NCBI GenBank assembly: GCA_965217895.1
Contig: CBDCJV010000002.1
Span: forward strand, 800,001 to 864,000
Direction: 5' to 3'
DNA length: 64,000 bases
From: Waterburya sp.
GTDB taxonomy: Bacteria > Cyanobacteriota > Cyanobacteriia > Cyanobacteriales > Xenococcaceae
This document shows, piece after piece, positions 54,261 to 64,000 of this stretch; the first letter of the stretch is position 1; each line of letters begins with the position of its first letter. Under the pieces are notes generated by a model that was given only the letters and a program-made list of their open reading frames with translations, ran no database searches and had not been told where the DNA came from. The translations under genes were made by a program, and so were the position numbers.

Positions 54261-54668
54261 ATGGCATCTCAATATATAGTGGTCGTTGGTTGTGGTCGTT
54301 TGGGATCTATTTTGGCTTCTCGCCTCAGTAGTCAGGGTAATAGCGTTGTAGTAATCGATCCTCATGAAAGATCTTTTAGTAATTTGAGCAGTGATTTTAG
54401 TGGATTTCAGATTACTGGTGATGCTTCTGAGATCGAAATATTACGTAGTGCTAAAGTAGACCAGGCAGACTGTTTGCTGGCAGTTACCGACAAAGATAAT
54501 ATCAATTTGATGGTGACACAAATAGCGAAACAAATATTTCAGACTTCGATTGTTTTAGCGCGGGTTTTCGATCCTGCACGGGAAAAGATTTATCGTGACT
54601 TTGGTATCGCTACTATCAGCCCGACACAGCTTTCTGCCGATGCTTTTATGGCTAATCTTCCTAGCTAA
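54261..54668 (+). CDS. trkA: TrkA-family protein (RCK-N only)
   Basis: VVGCGRLG, GDA and AVTDKDNINL. Confidence 0.9.
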   Translation: MASQYIVVVGCGRLGSILASRLSSQGNSVVVIDPHERSFSNLSSDFSGFQITGDASEIEILRSAKVDQADCLLAVTDKDNINLMVTQIAKQIFQTSIVLARVFDPAREKIYRDFGIATISPTQLSADAFMANLPS

Positions 54669-54686
54669 ATTAAAAATATATAAACC

Positions 54687-55346
54687 ATGAGAATTATCTT
54701 AATCGGCGGGAGTAAATTAGCTTATTTTCTTGCCAAACAGTTTGCCAGCAAGAATTACTACACCACTATTATTAATGCGGATCTAGACGAAGCCAAGACT
54801 TTATCACGGAGTTTAAAAGCAACAGTTATACATGGACAAGGCAGCGATCCTGCTACTCTATCGGAGGCTGGTGCGTATCAGGCTGATGTGGTTTTATCTC
54901 TGACTACTCAAGATGAAGATAACTTGATTGCCTGTCAAATTGCCCAAAAAGAATATGGCGTACCTCGTACCATTGCTCTAGTTAACGATCCCGAAAATCA
55001 GCAAATCTTTGAAAAGTTAGGTATTACCGTTGCTTTTTCGGCTACCCAGATTATTGCTAGCTTAATCGAACAACAAACGGCTACAGGAGATATTCAAAAC
55101 TTACTCCCTATAGCAGAAGGAAAGGTTAATGTTACCGAGATTGCACTAGAAGCAAACAATCCAGTAGTGGGAAAAACTATCGATGAACTGCAACTGCCTA
55201 ATGGTACTTTAATTGGCTGTATTCTACGACAGGGCGAGGTGATTGTTCCTAGTGGTGAAAATAGTCTACAGGCTTTAGATCGATTGGTAGTTATCGGTCA
55301 ACCAGAAAGTTATGGACAATTGATGCGGTTGTTGTGCAGTGAATAA
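54687..55346 (+). CDS. trkA: TrkA-family protein (RCK-N plus RCK-C)
   Basis: IILIGGSKL, DEDNLIAC and a C-terminal TrkA-C domain. Confidence 0.9.
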   Translation: MRIILIGGSKLAYFLAKQFASKNYYTTIINADLDEAKTLSRSLKATVIHGQGSDPATLSEAGAYQADVVLSLTTQDEDNLIACQIAQKEYGVPRTIALVNDPENQQIFEKLGITVAFSATQIIASLIEQQTATGDIQNLLPIAEGKVNVTEIALEANNPVVGKTIDELQLPNGTLIGCILRQGEVIVPSGENSLQALDRLVVIGQPESYGQLMRLLCSE

Positions 55347-55394
55347 TGATGTGGAGTTATAAATCTCTAAAATTATAAATGGAGAGGGAAAAAA

Positions 55395-56894
55395 TTGTTA
55401 CTTGAACGGGAAAAAACTAATCGCTACAGTCAGTTTTTACGTCAGCGTTATCGAGCAATTTTAGGCTATACGGGTCTGATTTGGGCGATCGCAGGAATAG
55501 TTATACTTTCTCCTTTATTGGCACTTATTTTTTATCCTGAAGAAATTAACTTGGCTTGGGGTTTCGCCCTACCAGGAGTGATTTTAACCATAGTTGGTGG
55601 CTTGTTATGGCGGTTTCTCGCACCAAAAAAGATAATAAGTCTTTCTTTGCCAGAAGGTTCGGTGATTGTATTTTTAGCTTGGTTAGTAGCGATCGCCGTT
55701 GGTACAATTCCCTTTATCCTGATTCAAGGATTAAACTTCACTCAAGCTATGTTTGAATCTACTAGCGGTTGGACGACTACAGGGTTATCTGTCGTAGATG
55801 TCACCCAAGCTTCTCACCTAGTTTTGCTTTATCGCAGCAATATCGAACTTGCAGGGGGTGGCGGGTTCGCTATTATCGCCCTAAGTGCTATTTCTGGGCT
55901 TTCTGGGGCGGGCTTAACCTCGGCAGAAGGTAGAACCGAACAGCTTGCGCCCAACGTCAGGCGATCGGCTAAATTGGTTTTGAGTATTTATTCTGGTTAT
56001 GCCGTTGTTGGTATTTTAGCCTTGTGGCTCGCGGGAATGGGTTGGTTTGATGCGGTTAACCATTCTTTTGCCGCCTTGTCTACGGGTGGCTTTTCTACCC
56101 GCACCGATTCAATTGGCTATTGGGATTCTCCCGCCGTTGAGGCTGTTACTATTATCCTAATGATTTTGGGTACGCTTAATTTTCTCACTAGCTATTTCTT
56201 GTTAACAGGTAAGTTTAAGTCGGTAATTCGTAATGGTGAAGTTAAATTAATGGCTTTAATTATACCCCTGTGCGCTTTAATAATTTTTCTTAGTGTAGGG
56301 GTTAATCTTTATGAGACATTAGGAAAAGGAGTCAGAGTAGCTATTTTTGAAGTAGTATCTGCTCTTTCTACTACAGGCTTTTCTACCGTTGGCTATAGCG
56401 ATTGGAATAGCTTGGGCTGGACAATTATGATTATTCTGATGTTAATTGGTGGCGGTACAGGTGCAACCGCAGGAGGCATAAAACAGTTTCGGATTTATGC
56501 TCTGTATCGGGCATTACTATGGGAGGTAAAACGAATGTTACAGCCCAAGAATACTGTAACCGAACCTGACTACTGGCAAGGCGATCGCCGTAGCTTTCTG
56601 AATGACAGCCAGATTCGTACTGTTGCCTTATTTATATTTTTATACTTTTTGGTATTCGGTCTTGGCGTAACAATTACCGCAGCCTATGGTAATCCTATTC
56701 CCGACAGTTTATTTGAATATGCCAGCAGTCTTGGCACTGTCGGACTATCAATTGGGGTGACTTCGGCTGATGCGCCTATTGGATTGCTATGGACGCAAAT
56801 TATAGGAATGTTTCTCGGACGCTTAGAATTTTTTACCGTTGCGATCGGCATTATTCGACTGTTTCAAGATCTACCTTCAATTTTGTTTAAGTAA
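55395..56894 (+). CDS. trkH: TrkH-family K+ uptake membrane protein
   Basis: Pore motifs SGWTTTG, STGGFS, STTGFS and LGTVGLS; GRLE. Confidence 0.93.
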   Translation: MLLEREKTNRYSQFLRQRYRAILGYTGLIWAIAGIVILSPLLALIFYPEEINLAWGFALPGVILTIVGGLLWRFLAPKKIISLSLPEGSVIVFLAWLVAIAVGTIPFILIQGLNFTQAMFESTSGWTTTGLSVVDVTQASHLVLLYRSNIELAGGGGFAIIALSAISGLSGAGLTSAEGRTEQLAPNVRRSAKLVLSIYSGYAVVGILALWLAGMGWFDAVNHSFAALSTGGFSTRTDSIGYWDSPAVEAVTIILMILGTLNFLTSYFLLTGKFKSVIRNGEVKLMALIIPLCALIIFLSVGVNLYETLGKGVRVAIFEVVSALSTTGFSTVGYSDWNSLGWTIMIILMLIGGGTGATAGGIKQFRIYALYRALLWEVKRMLQPKNTVTEPDYWQGDRRSFLNDSQIRTVALFIFLYFLVFGLGVTITAAYGNPIPDSLFEYASSLGTVGLSIGVTSADAPIGLLWTQIIGMFLGRLEFFTVAIGIIRLFQDLPSILFK

Positions 56895-56903
56895 ATGGTA
56901 CTG

Positions 56904-59114
56904 TTAATTTTTGACTAAACTATTAACCTTTTGACGTATTTCTGGGTTATATAATCTTAGATAGTTCCAATAGTTGCCGAATACTCCTTCTACATAATCT
57001 TTCGTTTCAGGAAAAGGTATTTGCTCTACAAAGCGATCGCGATTATTGATGTTATATGTAGTCAGCCAATCATTAACGTTGCTTGTACCAGCATTGTAGC
57101 TAGCTACCGCTAATAGTGAATTGTCATTGTAGCGATGATGATTGTGCTTAAGATACCAAGTACCAATTCTAATATTGTCTTCAGGGTTAGTTAAAGAATA
57201 GTTGGGCAACTGTATTTGTTTTGCTATCCAATTAGCAGTGGGTGGTACGATTTGCATCAAGCCTATTGCCCCAACCGCCGAGTCAATCTCAGGATCGAAA
57301 CTAGATTCTTTGCGCATCACTGAAAGAACTAGTAAAGGATTAATTTGCTCTTGTTGAGCATACTCGCGAATTTTTGACTCATAGGGAAAAGGAAATAAAC
57401 CCTGCCAGTAGGCGGTTGTTTTACGCAAAGCTTCCCACTGTTCTAATTCTTGGGGATCTTCGCGCTTAGTTAAATCCCAGATCTCCTGCATTCCTGCGCT
57501 GTAGTGACCTAGTTCCAGCTTTAATATCCCTTCGCTAAACTGCTCATTGACGGTTAGCTGCTGATGCTGCTTAATTTCTGACTGCAAAAGTAACCACGCA
57601 TCGTCATATTGTCCCAACAAATAAAGTTCCTGCATGGCTTTAGAACCCGTTGGCAAAGGGCTATAAATTTTAGCCAAATCTAAGGCAGGATTAAGAGAAC
57701 GTATCCGATCAAAGTCTCCCACCTGCCAATTTAGCTTAATTGCCGAACGCCATGCCCAATAAGATTGGGGATATAGTTTGATAATTTTCTCATAGACTAT
57801 CTTAGCTGCTTCAGGTTTACCCAGATCGGTTGCCCAAATTCCAGTTTGATAAAGTGCTTGAGGAGCAAAATCTAGTTCTAAGTTAGATTTAACAACAGGC
57901 TGCATCCATTGCCAAGCATCTTTTTTGTTGCCTTTATTAGCTAATTCTTGGGCTATTTTCCAGCGATACTCTACTGCTGCTGACGAATCGCTGTATTTAT
58001 TTAATAGCCGATCGCGAGCTTTATCTGCTGCTTTATTCTTGCCGAAACGTTCGTGAATAATTGCCTTAGAACGATAAGCTTGGGGGGCAACATCAGGAAA
58101 CTTGGCGATCGCTTTTTCTAAGTAAACTACCGCCACATCACCACTAGAAATGCTGGCTAAATATAATAAAGCCTGTCCCGCCTCTCTAGCATCATGGTAT
58201 TCACTAATTAGTCTTTGATAGCCAAGCCTAGCAGCATCCAGATTACCGTTACGATGAAATCCTCTAGCTACACGATAAAGATTGCGGGGCGTATTGGGAG
58301 CAAAAGCGTAAGCGTCTGCTGCTTTGCGATATTCATCCTCCCGCCAGTAGCCATCGGCGATCGCTTCCCAGTCTTTAGGGGTTAATTCTCCTGAGTATTC
58401 TAAGACAAGGCGATCGCGAATTTTATTTAAGTCGGCATCTCGACTATATTTTGCCAACAGCAGCAACAGACTAAACTGGTCAGGATTTTGCTGTAAACCC
58501 TGACGAGCCAGCTTTTGAGCCAGGGGATGATAGGGAAATTCCCGAATTAATCTGGCTTGATTTTGGGAGCGATCGCCATCTAATAAAGATATAGCATTGG
58601 CAGTAATCGGCGATCGAGGATAGTTCTCGATCAGCTCTTCTAAAGTACTTTGGGCAGCTTCTTCTTCTTTATTTTGTTGATAAGCCTGGGCGGTTTTAAA
58701 TAATATTTGAGGACGTAACAACGGGTAATCTTCAGCTAATCCCTGAAGGTAAGTCAAGGCTAGTTTGCCCTGCTGCTGTTGAATCAAATCCGCAGCTAAT
58801 AAGTAGCGAGCGCGATTACGGTTAATAATTATTTGTTGAGCAGAATCGCTATTTCCTTCAGCGTTACTCAAAAGTTTTAATTGGTTAGCTCTAGCCGTAG
58901 GTGCAAGCGATCGCAAATTGACTATAGGAGATACTGAACCAGCTTGTTCTTTTCTCGACTGGGAAAACAGACTATTTTGAACTTGCCAAACCCCCCAGCC
59001 TAAACTGCTAATCAAAACCAACAAAATTAATCTTTTGTTTTTTAAAGAAATTTGGGCTTGATGTTTTGCTGGTTTGCGTTTGGGTTTTTTCGAGCGCACG
59101 TGGGATTCTAACAT
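56904..59114 (-). CDS. slt: Soluble lytic murein transglycosylase (TPR plus SLT)
   Basis: Motifs RKESSF, GAIGLMQI, SYNAG and PFPETKDYV. Confidence 0.92.
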   Translation of the reverse strand: MLESHVRSKKPKRKPAKHQAQISLKNKRLILLVLISSLGWGVWQVQNSLFSQSRKEQAGSVSPIVNLRSLAPTARANQLKLLSNAEGNSDSAQQIIINRNRARYLLAADLIQQQQGKLALTYLQGLAEDYPLLRPQILFKTAQAYQQNKEEEAAQSTLEELIENYPRSPITANAISLLDGDRSQNQARLIREFPYHPLAQKLARQGLQQNPDQFSLLLLLAKYSRDADLNKIRDRLVLEYSGELTPKDWEAIADGYWREDEYRKAADAYAFAPNTPRNLYRVARGFHRNGNLDAARLGYQRLISEYHDAREAGQALLYLASISSGDVAVVYLEKAIAKFPDVAPQAYRSKAIIHERFGKNKAADKARDRLLNKYSDSSAAVEYRWKIAQELANKGNKKDAWQWMQPVVKSNLELDFAPQALYQTGIWATDLGKPEAAKIVYEKIIKLYPQSYWAWRSAIKLNWQVGDFDRIRSLNPALDLAKIYSPLPTGSKAMQELYLLGQYDDAWLLLQSEIKQHQQLTVNEQFSEGILKLELGHYSAGMQEIWDLTKREDPQELEQWEALRKTTAYWQGLFPFPYESKIREYAQQEQINPLLVLSVMRKESSFDPEIDSAVGAIGLMQIVPPTANWIAKQIQLPNYSLTNPEDNIRIGTWYLKHNHHRYNDNSLLAVASYNAGTSNVNDWLTTYNINNRDRFVEQIPFPETKDYVEGVFGNYWNYLRLYNPEIRQKVNSLVKN

Positions 59115-59264
59115 GAAGGTTACTTTGCTTTGACTTATACCTTAGATTCTGACTGGATTACCAACTGCTATTACTATCTGTAAATCAATTATTTGGAACT
59201 ATGATTTATCTCTCTGCGTCAATTGCTCATAACTAATCTCTCAGAGAAATATTTTTAATTAATC

Positions 59265-60044
59265 ATGTTTAACGCAAAATACTCCAAAATAACCACCTCT
59301 ATTTTCACTACTCTTGCTATTTCGCTAACTACAGTCGCTAATTTTGCCAATACAGCCCAAGCACAGCTTTTCCCCGAACAAACACCATCTAGAGATAGAG
59401 AATATAATCCACCTAGAGACAGTGAATATTACCCACCCAGAGACAGTGAATATTACCCACCCAGAGACAGTGAATATTACCCACCCAGAGACAGCGATCA
59501 ACAACGCAGCCGTTTTCCAACTAGTGCGCCTGATACCGTCCCTGAAGGCTTTGTTATTCCTATAGAATACGACAAGGACAAAATTCTAGTAACTCCTAAA
59601 GAGACTACACCTGTAACTTTGTTGGTAGCAGCTAATGTGCGAGATAGTCGAAAAAATACTTTGATTCCTTACGGTAGCGAGATTTCAGGAAATATTCAAC
59701 CTAGTAATGATGAAACTGGCTCATTGTTTGTTGCTGATGAGATCATTTTTCCTGACGGTACAAGCCAGCCCATTGAGGCAATTTCTAATGTCATAACCCG
59801 CACAGAAACTGTCAAAAAAGGCGCAAATGCAGGGGATATTCTTAAGGGTGCTGCTATTGGTGGTGGTGCTGCTGCCGTGTTATCAGAAATCTTTGGCGAC
59901 ATTGGGGCATTAAAAGTCCTCGGCGGTGCTGGGGCTGGGGCGATCGCTGGGCTGTTGTTGGGAGGAAACAAAGCAGAGCTAATTTCTATCGATCCCAACA
60001 ACGACTTAGACCTAACTGTGCAGAGAGATTTTACAGTTCGCTAA
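59265..60044 (+). CDS. Exported hypothetical protein with glycine zipper and 8-aa repeats
   Basis: Signal peptide; (RDSEYYPP)-type repeat x4; GAAIGGGAAA...GAGAGAIAG. Confidence 0.8.
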   Translation: MFNAKYSKITTSIFTTLAISLTTVANFANTAQAQLFPEQTPSRDREYNPPRDSEYYPPRDSEYYPPRDSEYYPPRDSDQQRSRFPTSAPDTVPEGFVIPIEYDKDKILVTPKETTPVTLLVAANVRDSRKNTLIPYGSEISGNIQPSNDETGSLFVADEIIFPDGTSQPIEAISNVITRTETVKKGANAGDILKGAAIGGGAAAVLSEIFGDIGALKVLGGAGAGAIAGLLLGGNKAELISIDPNNDLDLTVQRDFTVR

Positions 60045-60097
60045 AACTTAAGCAAGTTTTTACTATCTTGTAATATCTTTTAATATCCGCCAGACAT

Positions 60098-61126
60098 TTA
60101 ACCAAGTTGAAAGACAAAGGTTACTAAATCTCCTTTTCCTAGTGAAATGCGATCGCCTGGTCGTAGGCGATGGCGATTACCTCTTACCAAAGGAGAATGA
60201 TTGATATAAGTTCCATTAGAACTGCCCACGTCTTCAATATAGAAAGTATCTCCTTCAATCCGAATATCAGCATGAACTCGTGATACTACTTCTGAGTCAG
60301 GAAAACCAGCTACGTCTATATCAGGAGGAATTTGACCGTTTGGTTTACCAATATGAACCACATCTAGATTAAAAGGCAGTTCTATTTTAGTATTGCTTTG
60401 TAAATGAATTAGGCTGGCCGTTTGTAACTGTAGTTGAGTTGCACTTGCCCCATAATTTTCTTCTCTATTTTGAGCGGGTTTAGGTACAGACGAACCAGCT
60501 TGATTATTAAAATTAACTGATTCTAAAGGAACTCCAGGTGTTGCTGGTGGTACAGGTGGTGCTAGAGATTCTTCAAAAGGTTCTGGATCTACTTGGGGCT
60601 GCTCAAAATCTAAACTTAAGTCAGGAGTATTTGATTCCCCGGATAGAGTTTCTTCATCCGCAGTTAAATTATTGGATTTGGCTTCAGTTGCAAATTTTGT
60701 ATCTGGTACAGAAGATTCAGGATTAATTATTGTCTCTGGCTCTATTATCTCCGATACTGGGTAAGCTTGCCCAATGGTCATGTCTTCCTCTTCTTGCTCA
60801 TCCCAAGGACTTTGGATTGGTGATGTCATGGAGGTTTCAGGTAGAATATTAGAACTGGCTGCTGATAGAGGCATTTCTTCTGGCAGGGGAATTTCTTCTG
60901 GTAAAGATACTTCTTCTGATGCGAATGATGTTTCTGTTGAAGAAACTTCGGCAAGGGGGTTTTCTGCTTGTAAATTAAAACCACATTGACCACAGAAAGT
61001 AGCATCAGTTTGTACGGATGCTCCACAGTTAGGACAGCCAACTGTAGCGGGCAAAGGAGTATAACAATTTTCGCATTGCAAAGATCCTTCTGGATTTTGA
61101 TGATTGCAACTGGGGCAAGTAATCAT
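60098..61126 (-). CDS. Double zinc ribbon plus FHA-domain protein (FraH-like)
   Basis: Four CxxC motifs, an acidic linker and VSRVHA...SSNGTYIN. Confidence 0.88.
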   Translation of the reverse strand: MITCPSCNHQNPEGSLQCENCYTPLPATVGCPNCGASVQTDATFCGQCGFNLQAENPLAEVSSTETSFASEEVSLPEEIPLPEEMPLSAASSNILPETSMTSPIQSPWDEQEEEDMTIGQAYPVSEIIEPETIINPESSVPDTKFATEAKSNNLTADEETLSGESNTPDLSLDFEQPQVDPEPFEESLAPPVPPATPGVPLESVNFNNQAGSSVPKPAQNREENYGASATQLQLQTASLIHLQSNTKIELPFNLDVVHIGKPNGQIPPDIDVAGFPDSEVVSRVHADIRIEGDTFYIEDVGSSNGTYINHSPLVRGNRHRLRPGDRISLGKGDLVTFVFQLG

Positions 61127-61241
61127 AGGTATTTTTTTAAACTGACTATTACACTGCTACCGACATAGATATTTTTTTATCCCACTATATACTACCCTTG
61201 GCGTTCTAGTTTTTTACAAATCAATAAAAAAGCTTGGCATT

Positions 61242-61958
61242 TTATAGTTCGGCTGCTGCTTGACGATCCAACAGCCAGATAAGTTCTCCTTGGGGTTGAA
61301 TTAAACGTGAGGGGTAGTTTTGAGCATCGCCTTGGGCGGCAAATACTTCTTTTAAAGCAGAACGTTTATTTTCTCCAGCAACTAAAAAGACAACGCAACG
61401 AGCCTGATTGATTAAGGGTACGGTAAAAGTAAGACGAGGCTGACCGTCTTTGCTGCCGACGGTAATCAAGCGATCGCTAACCTTCAAGGCTTCAGTTTTA
61501 GGGAACAATGAGGCGGTGTGTCCATCATCTCCCATACCTAATAAGATTAGGTCAAATTTGGGCATCTCTCCCTGTTGCACCTCAAAGAAGTCTTGCAAGT
61601 CCTGTTCATGTTTTTGGGCAGCTTCAATCGGGCTGGCGAGGGTAGTATCCATGGGATGAATGTTGCCCTGGGGAATCTCAATTTTGTCTAGTAAAGCCTC
61701 GCGGGTCATAAATTGATTACTGTCATTATGGCTAGCTGGCACATAGCGTTCATCGCCCCAAAAAATGTGGATCTTCGACCAAGGTAAAGGCTGACTAGCT
61801 AAAGATTCATAAAGAGGTTTTGGGGTGCTACCGCCTGCTAAAGCGATGGTAAATTGATTTCTTGCTTCAATAGCTGCCTGTAAACGAGATAAAACAATTT
61901 CTTGCGATCGCTTTATTAAATCATTTTTGTCGGCTAAAACTTCAACAATTCTATCCAT
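61242..61958 (-). CDS. pgl: 6-phosphogluconolactonase
   Basis: Motifs LAGGSTP, WGDERYVP and LGMGDDGHTASLFP. Confidence 0.96.
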   Translation of the reverse strand: MDRIVEVLADKNDLIKRSQEIVLSRLQAAIEARNQFTIALAGGSTPKPLYESLASQPLPWSKIHIFWGDERYVPASHNDSNQFMTREALLDKIEIPQGNIHPMDTTLASPIEAAQKHEQDLQDFFEVQQGEMPKFDLILLGMGDDGHTASLFPKTEALKVSDRLITVGSKDGQPRLTFTVPLINQARCVVFLVAGENKRSALKEVFAAQGDAQNYPSRLIQPQGELIWLLDRQAAAEL

Positions 61959-62333
61959 AATATTTATAAGTTTATTTCCGAATTTGGCTAACACCAACAA
62001 TCTTAGTTGAAGATTACAGGCTGAGGTTTTTCAATTTCATAACCTTAACAACAAAACTATATTTTCTGGTCGGTTGAATACTGCTGAAGCAGCTTCTCAC
62101 CTCGTTCTCCCAACTCTGTCTTACGCTGTAGTCCCCAGCAGAACAAATCTACAGTTTGTAAGCAAGGGTTGTTTTGCGAACTCTCATGGTGAATCGAAAT
62201 TTGAGTTTGTGAGCCAAACTGTTCCTGTAGCTGCAATTTTATGTATTGGTCAAAATTGGCTTGTTCGTTTTTATTCTTACATCAATACTTTTAACTTGTA
62301 AAAGCGGTAGCGCAAACCAATAGCTAGATGAGC

Positions 62334-63149
62334 TTACAGTTCCTCAATTTCCATCTTTCTTTTAAGAGGTAACGACATTGGTTTATCATCAGCCTGGGGT
62401 AATTCTATTAGTTCTTTTTCCTTCTGTTTAACTTCTTTGGGTAATAAGATTGGCATAGGCTCTTGTTCGTCTACCCAATAGTTAGATACAGGCAAAGTAT
62501 GTTCTAAATCTTCTAGCAGTCGAGGAATTACCATTACTGCGTGTAGTTCGCCTATTCTTTCTGCTTCCTGCATTCCTGCATCAATAGCAATTGCCACATT
62601 AGCAATTGAACCACGGATAATTGCCGTACACAAACCATCACCAATTTTCTCGTAGGAAGCTAGCTGCACGTCAGCCGATTTGAGCATGGCATCTGCACCA
62701 CCCACCATGGCGGGAAAACCTCTGGTTTCTAATAAGCCAATAGAACGATTGCTTAAGCGACTATAGCCTCTTCTTTTTTGTGTCAGTTCAATTAAATGAC
62801 TACCAATCGGAAAAATTGCCTCTAAATTTGGCATAGGACGGGCAATTACTAACTTAGACACTAGCTGACCAAACTTTTCGGCGGTTTTTGCTCCTTCTTC
62901 TACTGCTAACCGTACATCGGCAATGTTGCCTCTAACTACAGCAGTACAGTATCCACTGCCAATTTTTTCATAACCCACCATGGTCACTTCTGCTGACTTG
63001 AGCATCATGTCTGCCGTACCGACAATTGCAGGAAAACTTTTGGTAGAAACTAACCCCAGCGCGCTGTCTTTGAAAGGATGCTCGCTAGTATAGCTTGGCT
63101 CTTTACTTACCCTACTTAGGGGTGTCTTTCTATATTCTAAATTAGACAT
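62334..63149 (-). CDS. ccmO: Carboxysome shell protein with tandem BMC domains
   Basis: Two BMC repeats (ADMMLKSAEV / ADAMLKSADV; YEKIG). Confidence 0.88.
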   Translation of the reverse strand: MSNLEYRKTPLSRVSKEPSYTSEHPFKDSALGLVSTKSFPAIVGTADMMLKSAEVTMVGYEKIGSGYCTAVVRGNIADVRLAVEEGAKTAEKFGQLVSKLVIARPMPNLEAIFPIGSHLIELTQKRRGYSRLSNRSIGLLETRGFPAMVGGADAMLKSADVQLASYEKIGDGLCTAIIRGSIANVAIAIDAGMQEAERIGELHAVMVIPRLLEDLEHTLPVSNYWVDEQEPMPILLPKEVKQKEKELIELPQADDKPMSLPLKRKMEIEEL

Positions 63150-63306
63150 TAAGTATTTCTTTCCTCTACAAATGTGCCACGACTAGCAGGTATTTATTTC
63201 TTCATATCCAGTGTAGTCAGAAAAATGAATCGTAAGCTTGCTTTTAGTTTAACTGATTAACCCTAATACAAGTTAAATATTAATGTTGAATATCATATAT
63301 TCAACA

Positions 63307-64000
63307 TTAAATTAGTTTATAATTGGCGATCGCTGTGGTCAATCCTTCTAAAGTAAATTCTTCAGCTTCTAAATCAAATCTGCCCAATAGTTCGCTACAG
63401 GTTTTTGACGTTTGTGGTCCAATTGAAGCAATGCAAACATCTTTTAAGATAGACTGAATATCAGTTTCAGATTGAACTTGTTTTAATAACTGATAAAAGT
63501 TGGTTACTGTTTTTGAGCTTGCAAAGGTTAGCACATCAATTTGCTGCTGTTGTAAAGCCTGCCATGCAGTTTTGTCTATTTGAGCGGGACATTGAGACTG
63601 ATAGGCAGCAACTTCAATTACGGTTGCACCTTGATTAGTTAATTCCTGAACCAATATTTCTCTTCCGCCAGTTTCGACGCGAGGAAAGAGAATCTTTTGA
63701 CTAGCTAAATCTTCAGGAAAATGAGCGACTAAAGAATCAGCTATATAGTCTGGAGGAATAAAGTCAGCTTTAAGATGTTTTGTTTGTAAGACAGATGCGG
63801 TTTTACGACCCACAACAGCAATTTTAATTCCTGCCAAAGCACGAGCATCGTAACCCAGAGTATTCAAGCGATCGCAAAAGTAGTCAACTCCATTAGCAGA
63901 GGTTAAAATAAGCCATTGAAACTGATTGATATTAGCGATCGCCCTATCTAAGTCTGTCCAGCTAGAAGGAGGGGTAATTGCTAAGGCTGGCATTTCAATT
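63307..64000 (-). CDS. hemD: Uroporphyrinogen-III synthase domain (probably CobA-HemD fusion; 5' end outside window)
   Basis: Motifs LTSANGV, TFASSKTV and SIGPQTS. Confidence 0.9.
   Translation of the reverse strand, partial: IEMPALAITPPSSWTDLDRAIANINQFQWLILTSANGVDYFCDRLNTLGYDARALAGIKIAVVGRKTASVLQTKHLKADFIPPDYIADSLVAHFPEDLASQKILFPRVETGGREILVQELTNQGATVIEVAAYQSQCPAQIDKTAWQALQQQQIDVLTFASSKTVTNFYQLLKQVQSETDIQSILKDVCIASIGPQTSKTCSELLGRFDLEAEEFTLEGLTTAIANYKLI

Noticed and set aside
62074..62301. 75-aa ORF
   Set aside because: TTG start, no recognisable motif, opposite strand to both neighbours.
62334..63149. ccmO away from the main ccm operon as a novelty
   Set aside because: Satellite ccmO loci are known in cyanobacteria.
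1..64000. High GCGATCGC density, and the many short antisense ORFs inside long genes
   Set aside because: HIP1 abundance is a well-known cyanobacterial trait, and the shadow ORFs lack independent support.

Overview
Cyanobacterial chromosomal DNA: AT-rich, very dense in the HIP1 octamer GCGATCGC, and carrying ccmO, petJ, a CruP-like gene and glnN. Most of the window is housekeeping genes (lpxB, amt, glnN, moeA, rpmG, rpsR, RNase II, ispD, ilvD, rbfA, argH, rsmE, peroxiredoxin, pdhC, cofH, ugd, trk, slt, pgl, ccmO, hemD) plus a tRNA-Gly. The main accessory region (about 39.5-43.0 kb) lies between a 2-Cys peroxiredoxin and a truncated mntH. It holds a minus-strand unit: a small ORF (split by an IS630), a small SH3-like ORF, a strongly base-paired non-coding segment of about 320 nt, and a decayed long IS110-family recombinase. 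This is the best candidate for an under-described RNA-associated mobile system. Other observations are a 62-bp palindromic direct repeat preceding two inserted genes (Uma2, SMI1/KNR4), a nested hairpin mosaic at 2.2-2.65 kb, a 48-bp in-frame hairpin insertion in a small gene, an internally deleted ppk2, a tandem gene duplication, and many MITE/REP/STRR-type repeats. All calls were made by eye; no searches or folding programs were run.
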